DNA of 64,000 nucleotides from Yoonia sp. Its GTDB lineage: Bacteria > Pseudomonadota > Alphaproteobacteria > Rhodobacterales > Rhodobacteraceae. Positions 47,813 to 57,454 of this stretch are shown here, one piece after another (positions within the stretch are counted from its first letter, which is position 1; each line of letters begins with the position of its first letter). Location of the stretch: contig NZ_JACUUJ010000002.1 in NCBI RefSeq assembly GCF_014859355.1, positions 77,115-141,114 on the forward strand. The letters are read 5' to 3'. A model generated the notes under the pieces. The model was not told where the DNA came from, did not search any database, and saw only the letters and a list, made by a program, of their open reading frames with translations. A program made the translations under genes and the position numbers.

Positions 47813-48781
47813 ATGCTTAGAATTGACGTCGCGCATGATGCGTTTGCATTGACAGATGTCTTTACCATCAGCCGTGGCGCGCGCACACAGGCCGATGTGC
47901 TGACGGTATGTCTGCGCGGGGGCGGCCAAGCGGGACGTGGCGAATGTGTGCCCTATGCCCGCTACGGCGAAACGCTCGACAATGTGAGAGCGCAGATTTC
48001 CGCGTTGCCGGGAAATGTCGCACGCGACAGTTTGCAACATATGTTACCACCGGGTGCGGCGCGCAACGCAGTGGATTGCGCGTTCTGGGATCTGGCGGCC
48101 AAGCAGGCAGGCAAGCGGGTGTGGGATTTGCTGGGCCTGCCCGCGCCAAAGCCCGTCGTGACAGCCTTTACCTTGTCGCTGGACACGCCTGCGGCAATGC
48201 AGGCGCAAGCGACGCGGCATCGCCATCGCCCTTTGCTGAAAATCAAGCTGGGCACTGCTGATGATATGCCCCGGCTAGAGGCGGTGCGCCGCGGCGCACC
48301 TGATGCGGCGATCATCGTTGATGCGAACGAAGGCTGGACCGCCGATATATATGCCGACCTTGCGCCGCATCTGATCCGCCTTGGGGTGCGGATGGTCGAA
48401 CAGCCGCTGCCGGCGGGTGCCGATGATTTCTTGGCTGAAATCGCGCGCCCCTTGCCGGTTTGTGCCGATGAAAGCTGCCATGACCGGGCCAGTTTACCGG
48501 GGCTGGTCGGCAAATATGACATGGTGAATATCAAGCTGGACAAAACGGGCGGGCTGACCGAGGCGCTGGCGTTGCGTGAATCGGCGCTTGCGGCGGGGTT
48601 TGATGTGATGGTCGGTTGTATGGTTGGGTCGTCCCTTGCCATGGCACCAGCGACACTTGTCGCGCAAGGTTTGGCCTACTCGGACCTTGACGGGCCGCTG
48701 TTATTGGCCGAAGACCGACCGATACCATTGCACTTTGATGACCGCGGCGTGCATCCGCCTGCGGCAGCACTTTGGGGATGA
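47813..48781 (+). CDS. dipeptide epimerase (L-Ala-D/L-Glu epimerase-like, enolase superfamily)
   Basis: Likely start is MLRIDVAHDAF at 47813 (alternative ATG at 47795). Motifs KIKLG, DANEGW, EQPL, CADES and NIKLDKTGG. Confidence 0.75.
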   Translation: MLRIDVAHDAFALTDVFTISRGARTQADVLTVCLRGGGQAGRGECVPYARYGETLDNVRAQISALPGNVARDSLQHMLPPGAARNAVDCAFWDLAAKQAGKRVWDLLGLPAPKPVVTAFTLSLDTPAAMQAQATRHRHRPLLKIKLGTADDMPRLEAVRRGAPDAAIIVDANEGWTADIYADLAPHLIRLGVRMVEQPLPAGADDFLAEIARPLPVCADESCHDRASLPGLVGKYDMVNIKLDKTGGLTEALALRESALAAGFDVMVGCMVGSSLAMAPATLVAQGLAYSDLDGPLLLAEDRPIPLHFDDRGVHPPAAALWG

Positions 48782-48783
48782 CC

Positions 48784-49644
48784 ATGCGCACAGTCTATGT
48801 CAACGGCAACTACCTGCCTGAAAATGAAGCGACGATTTCGATCTTTGATCGGGGCTTTCTGATGGCTGACGGGGTTTATGAGGTGACTTCTGTGCTGGAC
48901 GGCAAGTTGATCGACTTTGCAGGCCATGCCAAGCGGCTGGAGCGATCCTTGAAGGAGCTGGATATGCCGCATCCTGCTGAACTGCCTGATCTGCTGGTTA
49001 TCCACCGCGAACTGGTCCGGGTGAACGGTATCGTGGAAGGGTTGGTTTATCTGCAAATTACCCGTGGTGCGCCCGGTGATCGCGATTTTGCATTTCCTGA
49101 CCCTGAAACAACAGCGCCGACGGTGGTTTTGTTTACCCAGAACAAACCGGGTTTGATTGATAGCCCTGCAGCTCGGATCGGGATCAAAGTGATTTCCGTA
49201 GATGATTTGCGCTGGGCGCGGCGCGACATCAAGACGGTGCAGTTACTTTATCCGTCGATGGGCAAGATGATAGCGAAGGCAGCGGGCGTTGATGATGCGT
49301 GGATGGTTGAAGATGGCCACGTCACCGAAGGGACATCCAACAACGCCTATATCGTTCAGGGTAGCACGATCATCACCCGTCATCTTGGAAATGAAATCCT
49401 GCACGGGATCACCCGCGCTGCCGTCCTGCGCTTTGCCCGTGAAGCGCAGATGACCGTCGAGGAACGCAGCTTTACCATTGCCGAGGCGCAGGCGGCTGAT
49501 GAGGCGTTCATCACATCTGCAAGCGCCTTTGTCATGCCCGTGGTCGAGGTGGACGGGCAGGCTGTCGGGACTGGTTCACCGGGTCCGGTTGCGGCGCGTT
49601 TGCGCGAAATCTATCTGGAAGAAAGCCGCAAGGCGGCGGTCTGA
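48784..49644 (+). CDS. class IV aminotransferase (D-amino-acid aminotransferase-like)
   Basis: MRTVYVNGNYLPENEATISIFDRGFLMADGVYEV... is a typical fold-type IV N-terminus. The start could be 48778 (ATGA overlap with the epimerase stop) or 48784. Confidence 0.75.
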   Translation: MRTVYVNGNYLPENEATISIFDRGFLMADGVYEVTSVLDGKLIDFAGHAKRLERSLKELDMPHPAELPDLLVIHRELVRVNGIVEGLVYLQITRGAPGDRDFAFPDPETTAPTVVLFTQNKPGLIDSPAARIGIKVISVDDLRWARRDIKTVQLLYPSMGKMIAKAAGVDDAWMVEDGHVTEGTSNNAYIVQGSTIITRHLGNEILHGITRAAVLRFAREAQMTVEERSFTIAEAQAADEAFITSASAFVMPVVEVDGQAVGTGSPGPVAARLREIYLEESRKAAV

Positions 49645-49647
49645 TCC

Positions 49648-49941
49648 CTAATCGTGTGATTTCTTGAATGCATCCTGTGCTGCGGCGCTGGCCTCGGTCT
49701 GATATTTGTCGCGCCATGCGGTGTAGGGCATACCGTAAAACGCTTCCCGGCCTTCGTCCTTGGTCATTGCAATGCCGCGTTCGTTCGCGGCTTCCTGATA
49801 CCAGCGGGACAGGCAGTTCCGGCAGAACCCGGTCAGGTTCATCATGTCTATGTTTTGCACATCGGTCCGGTCGTCCTGCAAATGCTGACGTAAGCGGCGA
49901 AAGGCGGCTGCTTCCAGTTCGATACGGGTCTGGTCGTCCAT
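49648..49941 (-). CDS. DUF1244 family protein
   Basis: Likely start is MDDQTRIELEAAAFRRL at 49941. The motif VQNIDMMNLTGFCRNCLSRWY is characteristic of this family as I recall it. Confidence 0.65.
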   Translation of the reverse strand: MDDQTRIELEAAAFRRLRQHLQDDRTDVQNIDMMNLTGFCRNCLSRWYQEAANERGIAMTKDEGREAFYGMPYTAWRDKYQTEASAAAQDAFKKSHD

Positions 49942-49954
49942 ATGAATCCTCCTT

Positions 49955-50692
49955 TTATAGGCCAGATTGGGCCAAAACATCACTTAGAACAGGGGCAAGG
50001 CGGGCCGCCCAAAGGGCTTGGCCCCCGTGATCGGCGATCAGATCCTGCCGCAGTTCCAGCAGAACATTCGGCCGGCCGAATTGCAACGCGTGTTGGTCAA
50101 TCGCGTCGCCGGGCAAATGCCCTGCATAGGGTTCGTTATCACCGACGCACCAGCCCCGATCACGCAAGGCCGCCATCAGCGGTGCCGCCAGTCGCGCATC
50201 ATGCGCATAAAGCACACCAACTTCCCATGGGCGCGGGTGCTTGCCGCGCAGGCGAGGGGTAAAGCTGTGGATTGCGCAGATCACTGGGTTGGTGCGTTGG
50301 CGCGCCAGATCGGCATAGGCGGCGTGATAGGGACGGTAAAGCCGTCGCAGCCTTTCCTCACGGTCGGCATCGGTGGCGTGACGGTTGCCGGGGATGATCG
50401 TGCCGTCATACAGGCGCATCAGCAATGTGGGGTCATCTTCGCCCCTGTTGGGATCAATCACCAGTCGCGAAAACCGTGACAAGATTGCGGGGCTGTCCAA
50501 TGCAAGGGCCAGTGCGCGTGTCACCCCTGCCGCCCCGACATCATAGGCGATATGGCGCTCCATATCTGCGGTTGGCAGGCCCAGATCGCCGCCATTCACC
50601 CAATGCGGCACATGGTTTGACGCGTGATCGCAGGTGATCAACCAGCGCCCCGGACCATCCGCGCCCAAAATTTCGAACGGCATTTCTATCAT
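49955..50692 (-). CDS. N-formylglutamate amidohydrolase family protein
   Basis: 245-aa ORF. N-terminal ITCDHASNHVP plus HSFTP, as in the FGase family. Confidence 0.7.
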   Translation of the reverse strand: MIEMPFEILGADGPGRWLITCDHASNHVPHWVNGGDLGLPTADMERHIAYDVGAAGVTRALALALDSPAILSRFSRLVIDPNRGEDDPTLLMRLYDGTIIPGNRHATDADREERLRRLYRPYHAAYADLARQRTNPVICAIHSFTPRLRGKHPRPWEVGVLYAHDARLAAPLMAALRDRGWCVGDNEPYAGHLPGDAIDQHALQFGRPNVLLELRQDLIADHGGQALWAARLAPVLSDVLAQSGL

Positions 50693-50815
50693 GTCTTGGT
50701 GTCATTCCTTTGTCACTGCGTTTAGGCTAGTTGTAGCTGGAATGGAATTGCGCAATAACGAACCGACCCGGACCGTTACCGCTAACAAATATCTAGACCG
50801 ATGAAGGATGACCCT

Positions 50816-52261
50816 ATGAGACGCCATTGCAATGTGAAGATCGTTGCCACGCTTGGACCTTCTTCCAACGACTATGACATGATCCGTGCCCTGCACGAAG
50901 CGGGCGCAAATGTCTTTCGCCTGAACATGTCGCATGGTGATCATTCCGAGATCAAGCATCGTCACAGCATCATCCGTCAGGTGGAAAAGGATTTGAATAG
51001 TCCGATTGCCATTCTGGCTGATTTGCAGGGGCCAAAGCTGCGTGTCGGCGTTTTTGCCAACGGCGAAGAAGAGCTGGTCGAGGGCGCGACCTTCCGGCTT
51101 GATCTGGATGACGCCGAAGGTGATGCAACGCGCGTCAAGCTGCCGCACAAGGAAATTTTTGATGCGTTGGAACCCGGCGCGCATCTGCTGGTCAACGATG
51201 GCAAAATCAAGCTTCGGGTCAAGGATTGTGGCGCGACATTTGCCGATTGCGAGGTCATCGTCGGCGGCACGATTTCGAACCGCAAGGGCGTGAATGTGCC
51301 TGATGTCGTATTGCCGCTGGCTGCACTTTCGGAAAAGGACCGCAAGGATCTGGAATTCGTCTGTGAATTGGGCGTGGACTGGCTGGCGCTGTCGTTCGTG
51401 CAGCGTCCCGCCGATGTGCAGGATGCGCGCGCCTTGGCAAAAGGCAGGGCTGCGATTCTGTCAAAAATTGAAAAGCCCGCAGCGGTCAAAAACTTTGACG
51501 ACATCCTGAAAGTCAGCGACGGGATCATGGTCGCGCGTGGCGATCTGGGCGTTGAATTGCCAGTGCAGAACGTGCCGCCGATCCAGAAACAACTGATACG
51601 CAAATCGCGTGCTGCAGCCAAGCCGGTGATTGTGGCGACCCAGATGCTGGAATCTATGATCGACAGCCCGATGCCAACACGCGCAGAAGTGTCCGATGTG
51701 GCGACGGCCATCTATGAAGGCGCTGATGCGATCATGCTGTCGGCCGAATCGGCCGCTGGTTCCTATCCGATCGAGGCTGTGACAACGATGAGCAATGTCG
51801 CAAACGAAGTGGAAGCCGACCCGACCTATCTGGATATTATCGCTGCATCGCGCAAATCAGAAGGCAAGACGGTGGCGGACGGGATCGTTTCTGCGGCACG
51901 GGAAATTGCGGAAACAACGGATATCAAGGCGATCTGCTGCTTTACGCAATCGGGCACGACCGCGCTTTTGGTGTCGCGCGAACGCCCGCGTGTGCCGATC
52001 ATTGCGTTGACGAACAATATCGGCACCGCGCGCAGGCTGTGTTTGTCCTGGGGGACGAATTGTGTTGTGACGGGGCATGTGGACAGGTTCAAAGATGCTG
52101 TTCTGGCGGCTGTGCGTGCGACGCTGACACAGGAATTGGCCACTGAAAAAGACATGATCGTGGTGACGGCTGGCGTGCCTTTCAATACACCGGGGTCAAC
52201 CAACATCCTGCGTGTCGCGCCCTGTGCAGAACGTTTGATTTACAGCGCCGATCAAGACTAA
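50816..52261 (+). CDS. pyk: pyruvate kinase
   Basis: Likely start is MRRHCNVKIVATLGPSS at 50816 (GAAGGA lies 7 nt upstream). NMSHG and MVARGDLGVE motifs. Confidence 0.9.
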   Translation: MRRHCNVKIVATLGPSSNDYDMIRALHEAGANVFRLNMSHGDHSEIKHRHSIIRQVEKDLNSPIAILADLQGPKLRVGVFANGEEELVEGATFRLDLDDAEGDATRVKLPHKEIFDALEPGAHLLVNDGKIKLRVKDCGATFADCEVIVGGTISNRKGVNVPDVVLPLAALSEKDRKDLEFVCELGVDWLALSFVQRPADVQDARALAKGRAAILSKIEKPAAVKNFDDILKVSDGIMVARGDLGVELPVQNVPPIQKQLIRKSRAAAKPVIVATQMLESMIDSPMPTRAEVSDVATAIYEGADAIMLSAESAAGSYPIEAVTTMSNVANEVEADPTYLDIIAASRKSEGKTVADGIVSAAREIAETTDIKAICCFTQSGTTALLVSRERPRVPIIALTNNIGTARRLCLSWGTNCVVTGHVDRFKDAVLAAVRATLTQELATEKDMIVVTAGVPFNTPGSTNILRVAPCAERLIYSADQD

Positions 52262-52291
52262 TATCCGACCGGACCTGAAAGGGATCTGCGG

Positions 52292-52516
52292 ATGGATATT
52301 GACCTGATTTTTGTCGTCGGCAGTGTTATTGGGGCGTTTTCCATACCCGCCTTGGTCAGCGCCTTTGCTGACCGGCGGGCACCGCGGGCGGCGGCTGTTG
52401 CCATCGTGATAAGCGCCGCCATGGTCGCTTATGCGATGCAGATGCGTCTGGAACCTTATGTGCTGGAAAATCTGGACGATGTTTTTATCAGCGTCATTGC
52501 CCGTTATATCAACTAA
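52292..52516 (+). CDS. small hypothetical membrane protein (two TM)
   Basis: 74-aa ORF with two hydrophobic helices and no recognisable motif. Confidence 0.45.
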   Translation: MDIDLIFVVGSVIGAFSIPALVSAFADRRAPRAAAVAIVISAAMVAYAMQMRLEPYVLENLDDVFISVIARYIN

Positions 52517-52628
52517 GCCGCTTGCAACAGACATGGATGCGACCTATAAGGCATCCCTGATATCGTGCGGCCGGCCAACATGGCATGCCGAGTCGCACGA
52601 TCCGACCGAACCTATAAAGGAGACGGAA

Positions 52629-52829
52629 ATGCCGAAGATGAAGACAAAATCGAGCTGCAAAAAGCGGTTCAAAGTGACGGCCACGGGCCGCATTCTGGCA
52701 GGCCAAGCCGGAAAGCGCCATGGCATGATCAAGCGCACTAACAAGTTCCTGCGTAATGCACGCGGCACGACAACCCTGTCGAAGGCTGATGAAAGCATCA
52801 TCAAGCCAATGATGCCCTACGCACGCTGA
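52629..52829 (+). CDS. rpmI: 50S ribosomal protein L35
   Basis: [22 protein letters not shown]... (66 aa) with SD AAAGGAGA. Confidence 0.9.
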   Translation: MPKMKTKSSCKKRFKVTATGRILAGQAGKRHGMIKRTNKFLRNARGTTTLSKADESIIKPMMPYAR

Positions 52830-52844
52830 TAAGGAGAATTTGAT

Positions 52845-53204
52845 ATGCGCGTTAAAGGTGGAACCGTCACGCACCGTCGTCACAAGAAAGTTCTCGACGC
52901 TGCCAAAGGCTATTATGACCGCCGCTCTTCAACCTTCAAGGTTGCTGCGCAGGCTGTTGACAAGGCCAACCAATATGCAACCCGCGACCGTCACAACCGC
53001 AAGCGCAATTTCCGCGCGCTGTGGATTCAACGGATCAATGCCGGGGTGCGTGCGGTTGATGCGACTCTGAACTATTCCAAATTCATCAATGGTCTGGCGC
53101 TGGCCGGAATCGAAGTTGACCGCAAGGTTCTTGCCGATCTGGCTGTGAACGAACCTGATGCATTTGCAACGATTGTTGGCAAAGCCAAGGCTGCGATGGC
53201 CTGA
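52845..53204 (+). CDS. rplT: 50S ribosomal protein L20
   Basis: [28 protein letters not shown]... (119 aa). Confidence 0.9.
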   Translation: MRVKGGTVTHRRHKKVLDAAKGYYDRRSSTFKVAAQAVDKANQYATRDRHNRKRNFRALWIQRINAGVRAVDATLNYSKFINGLALAGIEVDRKVLADLAVNEPDAFATIVGKAKAAMA

Positions 53205-53226
53205 GGCCAAAACGGCAGAAGATGAT

Positions 53227-53257
53227 AAAAGGCCGCTCCGGTTCGGGGCGGCCTTTT
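53227..53257 (+). terminator. rho-independent terminator after rplT
   Basis: aaaaggccgc / gcggcctttt stem extended through the loop (ccg-gtt-cgg), ending in TTTT. Confidence 0.7.
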
Positions 53258-53281
53258 GCATTGGGCTGTCGGATGCTGCGT

Positions 53282-53339
53282 GAACCTTGCAACCGCACGC
53301 CGCTTTCGCTAGCACCGCCGAGACAGTTGCAAGGGGTTC
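53282..53339 (+). promoter_or_regulatory. pheS leader stem that includes the Shine-Dalgarno sequence
   Basis: gaaccttgcaac (53282-53293) pairs with gttgcaa-gg-ggttc (53326-39), giving 12 bp with a 2-nt bulge. The right arm contains AAGGGG, 7-12 nt before ATG 53343. Confidence 0.35.
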
Positions 53340-53342
53340 CCG

Positions 53343-54416
53343 ATGGACGAGCTGAGATCCAAATACCTGAACATGATCGCTGACGCCGCTGACGAGGCGT
53401 CGATCGAGGACCTGCGCGTGCAGTCCCTTGGCAAAAAAGGCGAGATCAGCATGAAAATGCGTGAACTGGGCAAGATGAGCCCCGAAGAACGCCAGGTGGC
53501 CGGCCCCGCGCTGAACGCGCTGAAGGACGAGATCAATTCCGCACTGGCCGCGAAAAAGGCAGCCCTTGCCGATGCCGCGCTTGATGCACGGTTGCGCACC
53601 GAATGGCTGGATGTGTCCCTGCCGGGACGCGCCCGCCGTCGGGGCACGATTCACCCGATCAGCCAGGTAACCGAAGAAGTGACCGCCATTTTTGCCGATA
53701 TGGGCTTTGCCGTGGCCGAAGGCCCGCAGATCGAATCAGATTGGTATAATTTCGACGCGCTGAACATCCCCGGCCACCACCCCGCCCGGGCCGAGATGGA
53801 CACCTTCTATACCCACCGCGCCCCCGGCGATGACCGGCCGCCGCATGTGCTGCGCACCCACACCTCCCCCGTGCAGATCCGCAGCATGGAGACAACAGGC
53901 GCGCCGACGCGCATCATCTGCCCCGGTCGCGTCTATCGCGCCGACTATGACCAGACGCATACCCCGATGTTCCATCAGGTTGAAGGGCTGGCAATTGATA
54001 AAGATATCTCGATGGCCAACTTGAAATGGGTGCTGGAGGAATTCGTGAAAGCCTATTTCGAGGTCGACCACGTTGATATCCGTTTCCGTGCGTCGCATTT
54101 CCCCTTCACCGAACCATCGGCCGAGGTCGATATCCGCTGTTCATGGGAAGGCGGCACGCTGAAAGTGGGCGAGGGTGATGACTGGCTGGAAATTCTGGGA
54201 TCAGGCATGGTGCATCCGAAGGTGCTGCAAGCGGCGGGCGTGGACCCGACGCAATGGCAGGGCTTTGCCTTCGGCATGGGCATCGACCGGATTGCGATGC
54301 TGAAATACGGGATACCGGATTTGCGGGCATTCTTTGATTCAGATTTGCGTTGGTTGCGGCATTATGGGTTTGCCGCGCTGGATGTGCCCACGCTGCATGG
54401 CGGGCTGAGCAGGTGA
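53343..54416 (+). CDS. pheS: phenylalanine--tRNA ligase alpha subunit
   Basis: 357-aa ORF. Class II motifs [21 protein letters not shown] and [17 protein letters not shown]. Confidence 0.9.
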   Translation: MDELRSKYLNMIADAADEASIEDLRVQSLGKKGEISMKMRELGKMSPEERQVAGPALNALKDEINSALAAKKAALADAALDARLRTEWLDVSLPGRARRRGTIHPISQVTEEVTAIFADMGFAVAEGPQIESDWYNFDALNIPGHHPARAEMDTFYTHRAPGDDRPPHVLRTHTSPVQIRSMETTGAPTRIICPGRVYRADYDQTHTPMFHQVEGLAIDKDISMANLKWVLEEFVKAYFEVDHVDIRFRASHFPFTEPSAEVDIRCSWEGGTLKVGEGDDWLEILGSGMVHPKVLQAAGVDPTQWQGFAFGMGIDRIAMLKYGIPDLRAFFDSDLRWLRHYGFAALDVPTLHGGLSR

Positions 54417-54468
54417 TGGGTGCAAGCAACCATCCTACGACACGCGCCCGCAATCGAAAGGCCAATCG

Positions 54469-54897
54469 ATGACCGACGACATCGAAGACCTGCAAGACAC
54501 CTACCCCGGTGCGGGCACCTTTCGTTTTGGCGATACGCCGGAACTGTGCCAATATCTGATCGGCCTTGTCCGGCAGCGCAAGAAAACCGCGACCAGTGCG
54601 GCGGCGTCGGAATTTGATGATGACCCCGACGCCATGCCCGTTGAGGGCCGCTGCGACATTGCCGCCAACTGGGATGGCACGCCGGCGCTGGTGATCCGCA
54701 CCACAAAGGTGCAGCACATCCGGTTTTGCGACGTGACCGAAGATATGGCGCTGGCCGAGGGTGAAAACGACAGCCTTGAAAAATGGCGCAAGGCGCACAA
54801 AGCCTATTTCACACGCAACGGCGGCTTTGACCCTGAAATGATGCTGGTGTTCGAGCATTTCACGCTGATTGAGGATTTGGCCGGGCGTGAATTATAA
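54469..54897 (+). CDS. ASCH-domain protein
   Basis: 142-aa ORF. RKKTATSAAA, FCDVTEDMALAEGENDSLEKWRKAHKAYF pattern. Confidence 0.7.
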   Translation: MTDDIEDLQDTYPGAGTFRFGDTPELCQYLIGLVRQRKKTATSAAASEFDDDPDAMPVEGRCDIAANWDGTPALVIRTTKVQHIRFCDVTEDMALAEGENDSLEKWRKAHKAYFTRNGGFDPEMMLVFEHFTLIEDLAGREL

Positions 54898-54985
54898 GAG
54901 CCGGGGCGAACCCCGCGCTGTGGTCTTTCGCATTGCGGCGTAATCGGGTAAGCCCGCTGCAACATAACATACGCTGGATATACCG

Positions 54986-57382
54986 ATGAAATTCACGCTT
55001 TCCTGGTTGAAACATCACTTGGATACAGATGCCTCTGTCACCGAAATCGCCGACGCACTGACCGATCTGGGGCTTGAGGTTGAAGGTATCGAAAACCCCG
55101 CCGAGCGACTGGCGAATTTTACCATCGGTTATGTGCAATCGGCGGAAAAACATCCCGATGCCGACAAGCTGCGCGTCTGTCAGGTGGATACCAAGGATGG
55201 CCCTACCCAGATCATCTGCGGCGCGCCCAATGCGCGGGCGGGCATTACCGTGGTCATCGCAGCCCCCGGCACCTATGTGCCCGGCATCGACACCACGATT
55301 GGCGTGGGCAAGATCCGTGGGATCGAATCCTATGGGATGATGTGTTCCGAACGCGAAATGGAACTGTCAGACGAACATGACGGGATTATCGAACTGCCCT
55401 CGGGCGAGGTCGGGCAGAGCTTTACCGACTGGCTGGCGCTGCATGATCCGGCAAAGGTTGATCCAGTCATCGAAATCGCGATCACCCCGAACCGCCCCGA
55501 TGCGCTGGGCGTGCGCGGCGTTGCGCGCGATCTGGCCGCGCGGGGGCTTGGCACGCTGAAACCGCTGACGGTTGATCCGGTGCCTGCCAGCTTTGTCGCT
55601 GATCTGAAAGTGTCCATTGATGATGATACACTGGACGTTGCGCCATTTTTTTGTGGTCGATTGATCCGTGGTGTCAAGAACGGCCCCAGCCCTGCATGGC
55701 TGCAACAGCAGTTGCGCGCCATCGGCCTGCGCCCCATCAGTTTTCTTGTGGATGTAACGAATTGGTTCACCTATGACCTGAACCGCCCGCTGCACGTGTT
55801 TGACGCGGATAAAGTCACGGGCAACATCCGCGTTCATCGCGCCAAGGGTGGCGAAACCCTGACCGCACTGGACGATAAAACCTATACTTTGCAACCGGGC
55901 CAGATGGTCATTTCCGATGACAACGGTCCCGAAAGCATTGCGGGCATCATGGGCGGGCTTGACACCGGCTGCACGATGGACACCGTGAACGTCTTTGTCG
56001 AAAGCGCCTATTGGGATCCGATTCAGATCGCCCATACTGGCCGTGCACTGAAAATCAATTCCGATGCGCGCTACCGGTTTGAACGCGGCGTCGATCCGGC
56101 CTTTACGCCCGAAGGGCTGGAACATGCGGTGCGCATGATCTCCGATCATGCGGGTGGCGCGGTGTCAGAGTTGATAAAGGCGGGGCAGGTGCCTGATACG
56201 TCGCGCGCCTACAGGCTGGATGCAAAGCGGGTGATTTCGCTTGTTGGTATGGACATCCCCGAGGCGACGCAGCGCCAGACGCTGTGCGCACTTGGCTTCC
56301 GGTTGGACGGCAATATGGCCCATGTGCCAAGCTGGCGCCCTGATGTGCAGGGCGAGGCTGATCTGGTGGAAGAGGTCGCGCGCATCGCGTCGCTGACCAA
56401 ATTGCAAGGCAAACCCTTGCCACGCAGTGCGCCCGGTGTGCCCAAGCCGATACTGACGCCGGGGCAGGTGCGCCAGCAGGTTGCAAAACGGACGGCGGCG
56501 GCGCTGGGTTATAATGAATGCGTGACTTATAGTTTTGTCGATGCGCAGGCGGCGCGCCTGTTTGGCGGTGGCGACGATGCGACCATGCTGGAAAACCCGA
56601 TTTCGTCGGAAATGTCACATATGCGCCCCAACCTGTTGCCCGGTTTGTTGCGTGCCGCTGCCCGCAATCAGGCACGCGGGTTCATGGATATGGCCCTGTT
56701 CGAGGTCGGTGCCGGTTTCCACGGTGGTGAACCCGGTGAACAGCATATGCTGATCAGCGGTGTCTTGATCGGGCGGACCGGGCCAAAAGACGTGCATGGC
56801 ACATCGCGGCCCGTGGACCTTTATGATGCCAAGGCGGATGCCGAGGCCGTGCTGGCCGCCATCGGTGCACCCGCCAAGGTGCAGATCCTGCGCGGTGCCG
56901 AAGGCTGGTGGCATCCCGGTCGTCACGGCAAGATCTGCCTTGGCCCGAAAAAGGTGCTGGCGGTGTTTGGCGAATTGCACCCCAAGGTGCTGCAAGAGAT
57001 GGATATCAAAGGCGCTGCGGTCGCTTTCACCATCTGGCCGGACGAAGTGCCGCTGCCGCGCAGCAAGACAGCGACGCGGCCTGCATTGGCGGCGACGGAT
57101 TTGCAGGCGGTGGAACGTGATTTCGCTTTTGTGGTCGATGCCGAAGTCGAGGCGCTGACGCTGGTCAATGCCGCCGCCGGTGCGGATAAGGCGCTGATTG
57201 CCGATGTGCGGGTGTTTGATGAATTCATCGGGGGCAGTCTGGGCGCTGGCAAGAAATCGCTGGCCGTCACGGTGCGCCTGCAACCGACAGAGGCCACGTT
57301 AAAAGACACCGATATCGAAGCGGTCAGCGCGAAAATTGTGGACAAGGTGACAAAAGCGACCGGCGGTGTGCTGCGCGGATAA
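54986..57382 (+). CDS. pheT: phenylalanine--tRNA ligase beta subunit
   Basis: 798-aa ORF. MKFTLSWLKHHLD N-terminus, tRNA-binding domain HPDADKLRVCQVD, and B3/4, B5 and FDX-ACB regions in the expected order. Confidence 0.9.
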   Translation: MKFTLSWLKHHLDTDASVTEIADALTDLGLEVEGIENPAERLANFTIGYVQSAEKHPDADKLRVCQVDTKDGPTQIICGAPNARAGITVVIAAPGTYVPGIDTTIGVGKIRGIESYGMMCSEREMELSDEHDGIIELPSGEVGQSFTDWLALHDPAKVDPVIEIAITPNRPDALGVRGVARDLAARGLGTLKPLTVDPVPASFVADLKVSIDDDTLDVAPFFCGRLIRGVKNGPSPAWLQQQLRAIGLRPISFLVDVTNWFTYDLNRPLHVFDADKVTGNIRVHRAKGGETLTALDDKTYTLQPGQMVISDDNGPESIAGIMGGLDTGCTMDTVNVFVESAYWDPIQIAHTGRALKINSDARYRFERGVDPAFTPEGLEHAVRMISDHAGGAVSELIKAGQVPDTSRAYRLDAKRVISLVGMDIPEATQRQTLCALGFRLDGNMAHVPSWRPDVQGEADLVEEVARIASLTKLQGKPLPRSAPGVPKPILTPGQVRQQVAKRTAAALGYNECVTYSFVDAQAARLFGGGDDATMLENPISSEMSHMRPNLLPGLLRAAARNQARGFMDMALFEVGAGFHGGEPGEQHMLISGVLIGRTGPKDVHGTSRPVDLYDAKADAEAVLAAIGAPAKVQILRGAEGWWHPGRHGKICLGPKKVLAVFGELHPKVLQEMDIKGAAVAFTIWPDEVPLPRSKTATRPALAATDLQAVERDFAFVVDAEVEALTLVNAAAGADKALIADVRVFDEFIGGSLGAGKKSLAVTVRLQPTEATLKDTDIEAVSAKIVDKVTKATGGVLRG

Positions 57383-57390
57383 GCTGGAAG

Positions 57391-57448
57391 CAAGGTTTTT
57401 GCAAAAACCTTGGCCTCCGGCGGAGGTATTTTTTAACAAAAGAAGGTG
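57391..57448 (+). repeat. intergenic module copy between pheT and ytoQ
   Basis: Palindrome caaggtttttgcaaaaaccttg (57391-57412). Core CTCCGGCGGAGGTATTTTTT (57415-57434), then AACAAAAGAAGGTG. Confidence 0.6.
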
Positions 57449-57454
57449 AATGTC

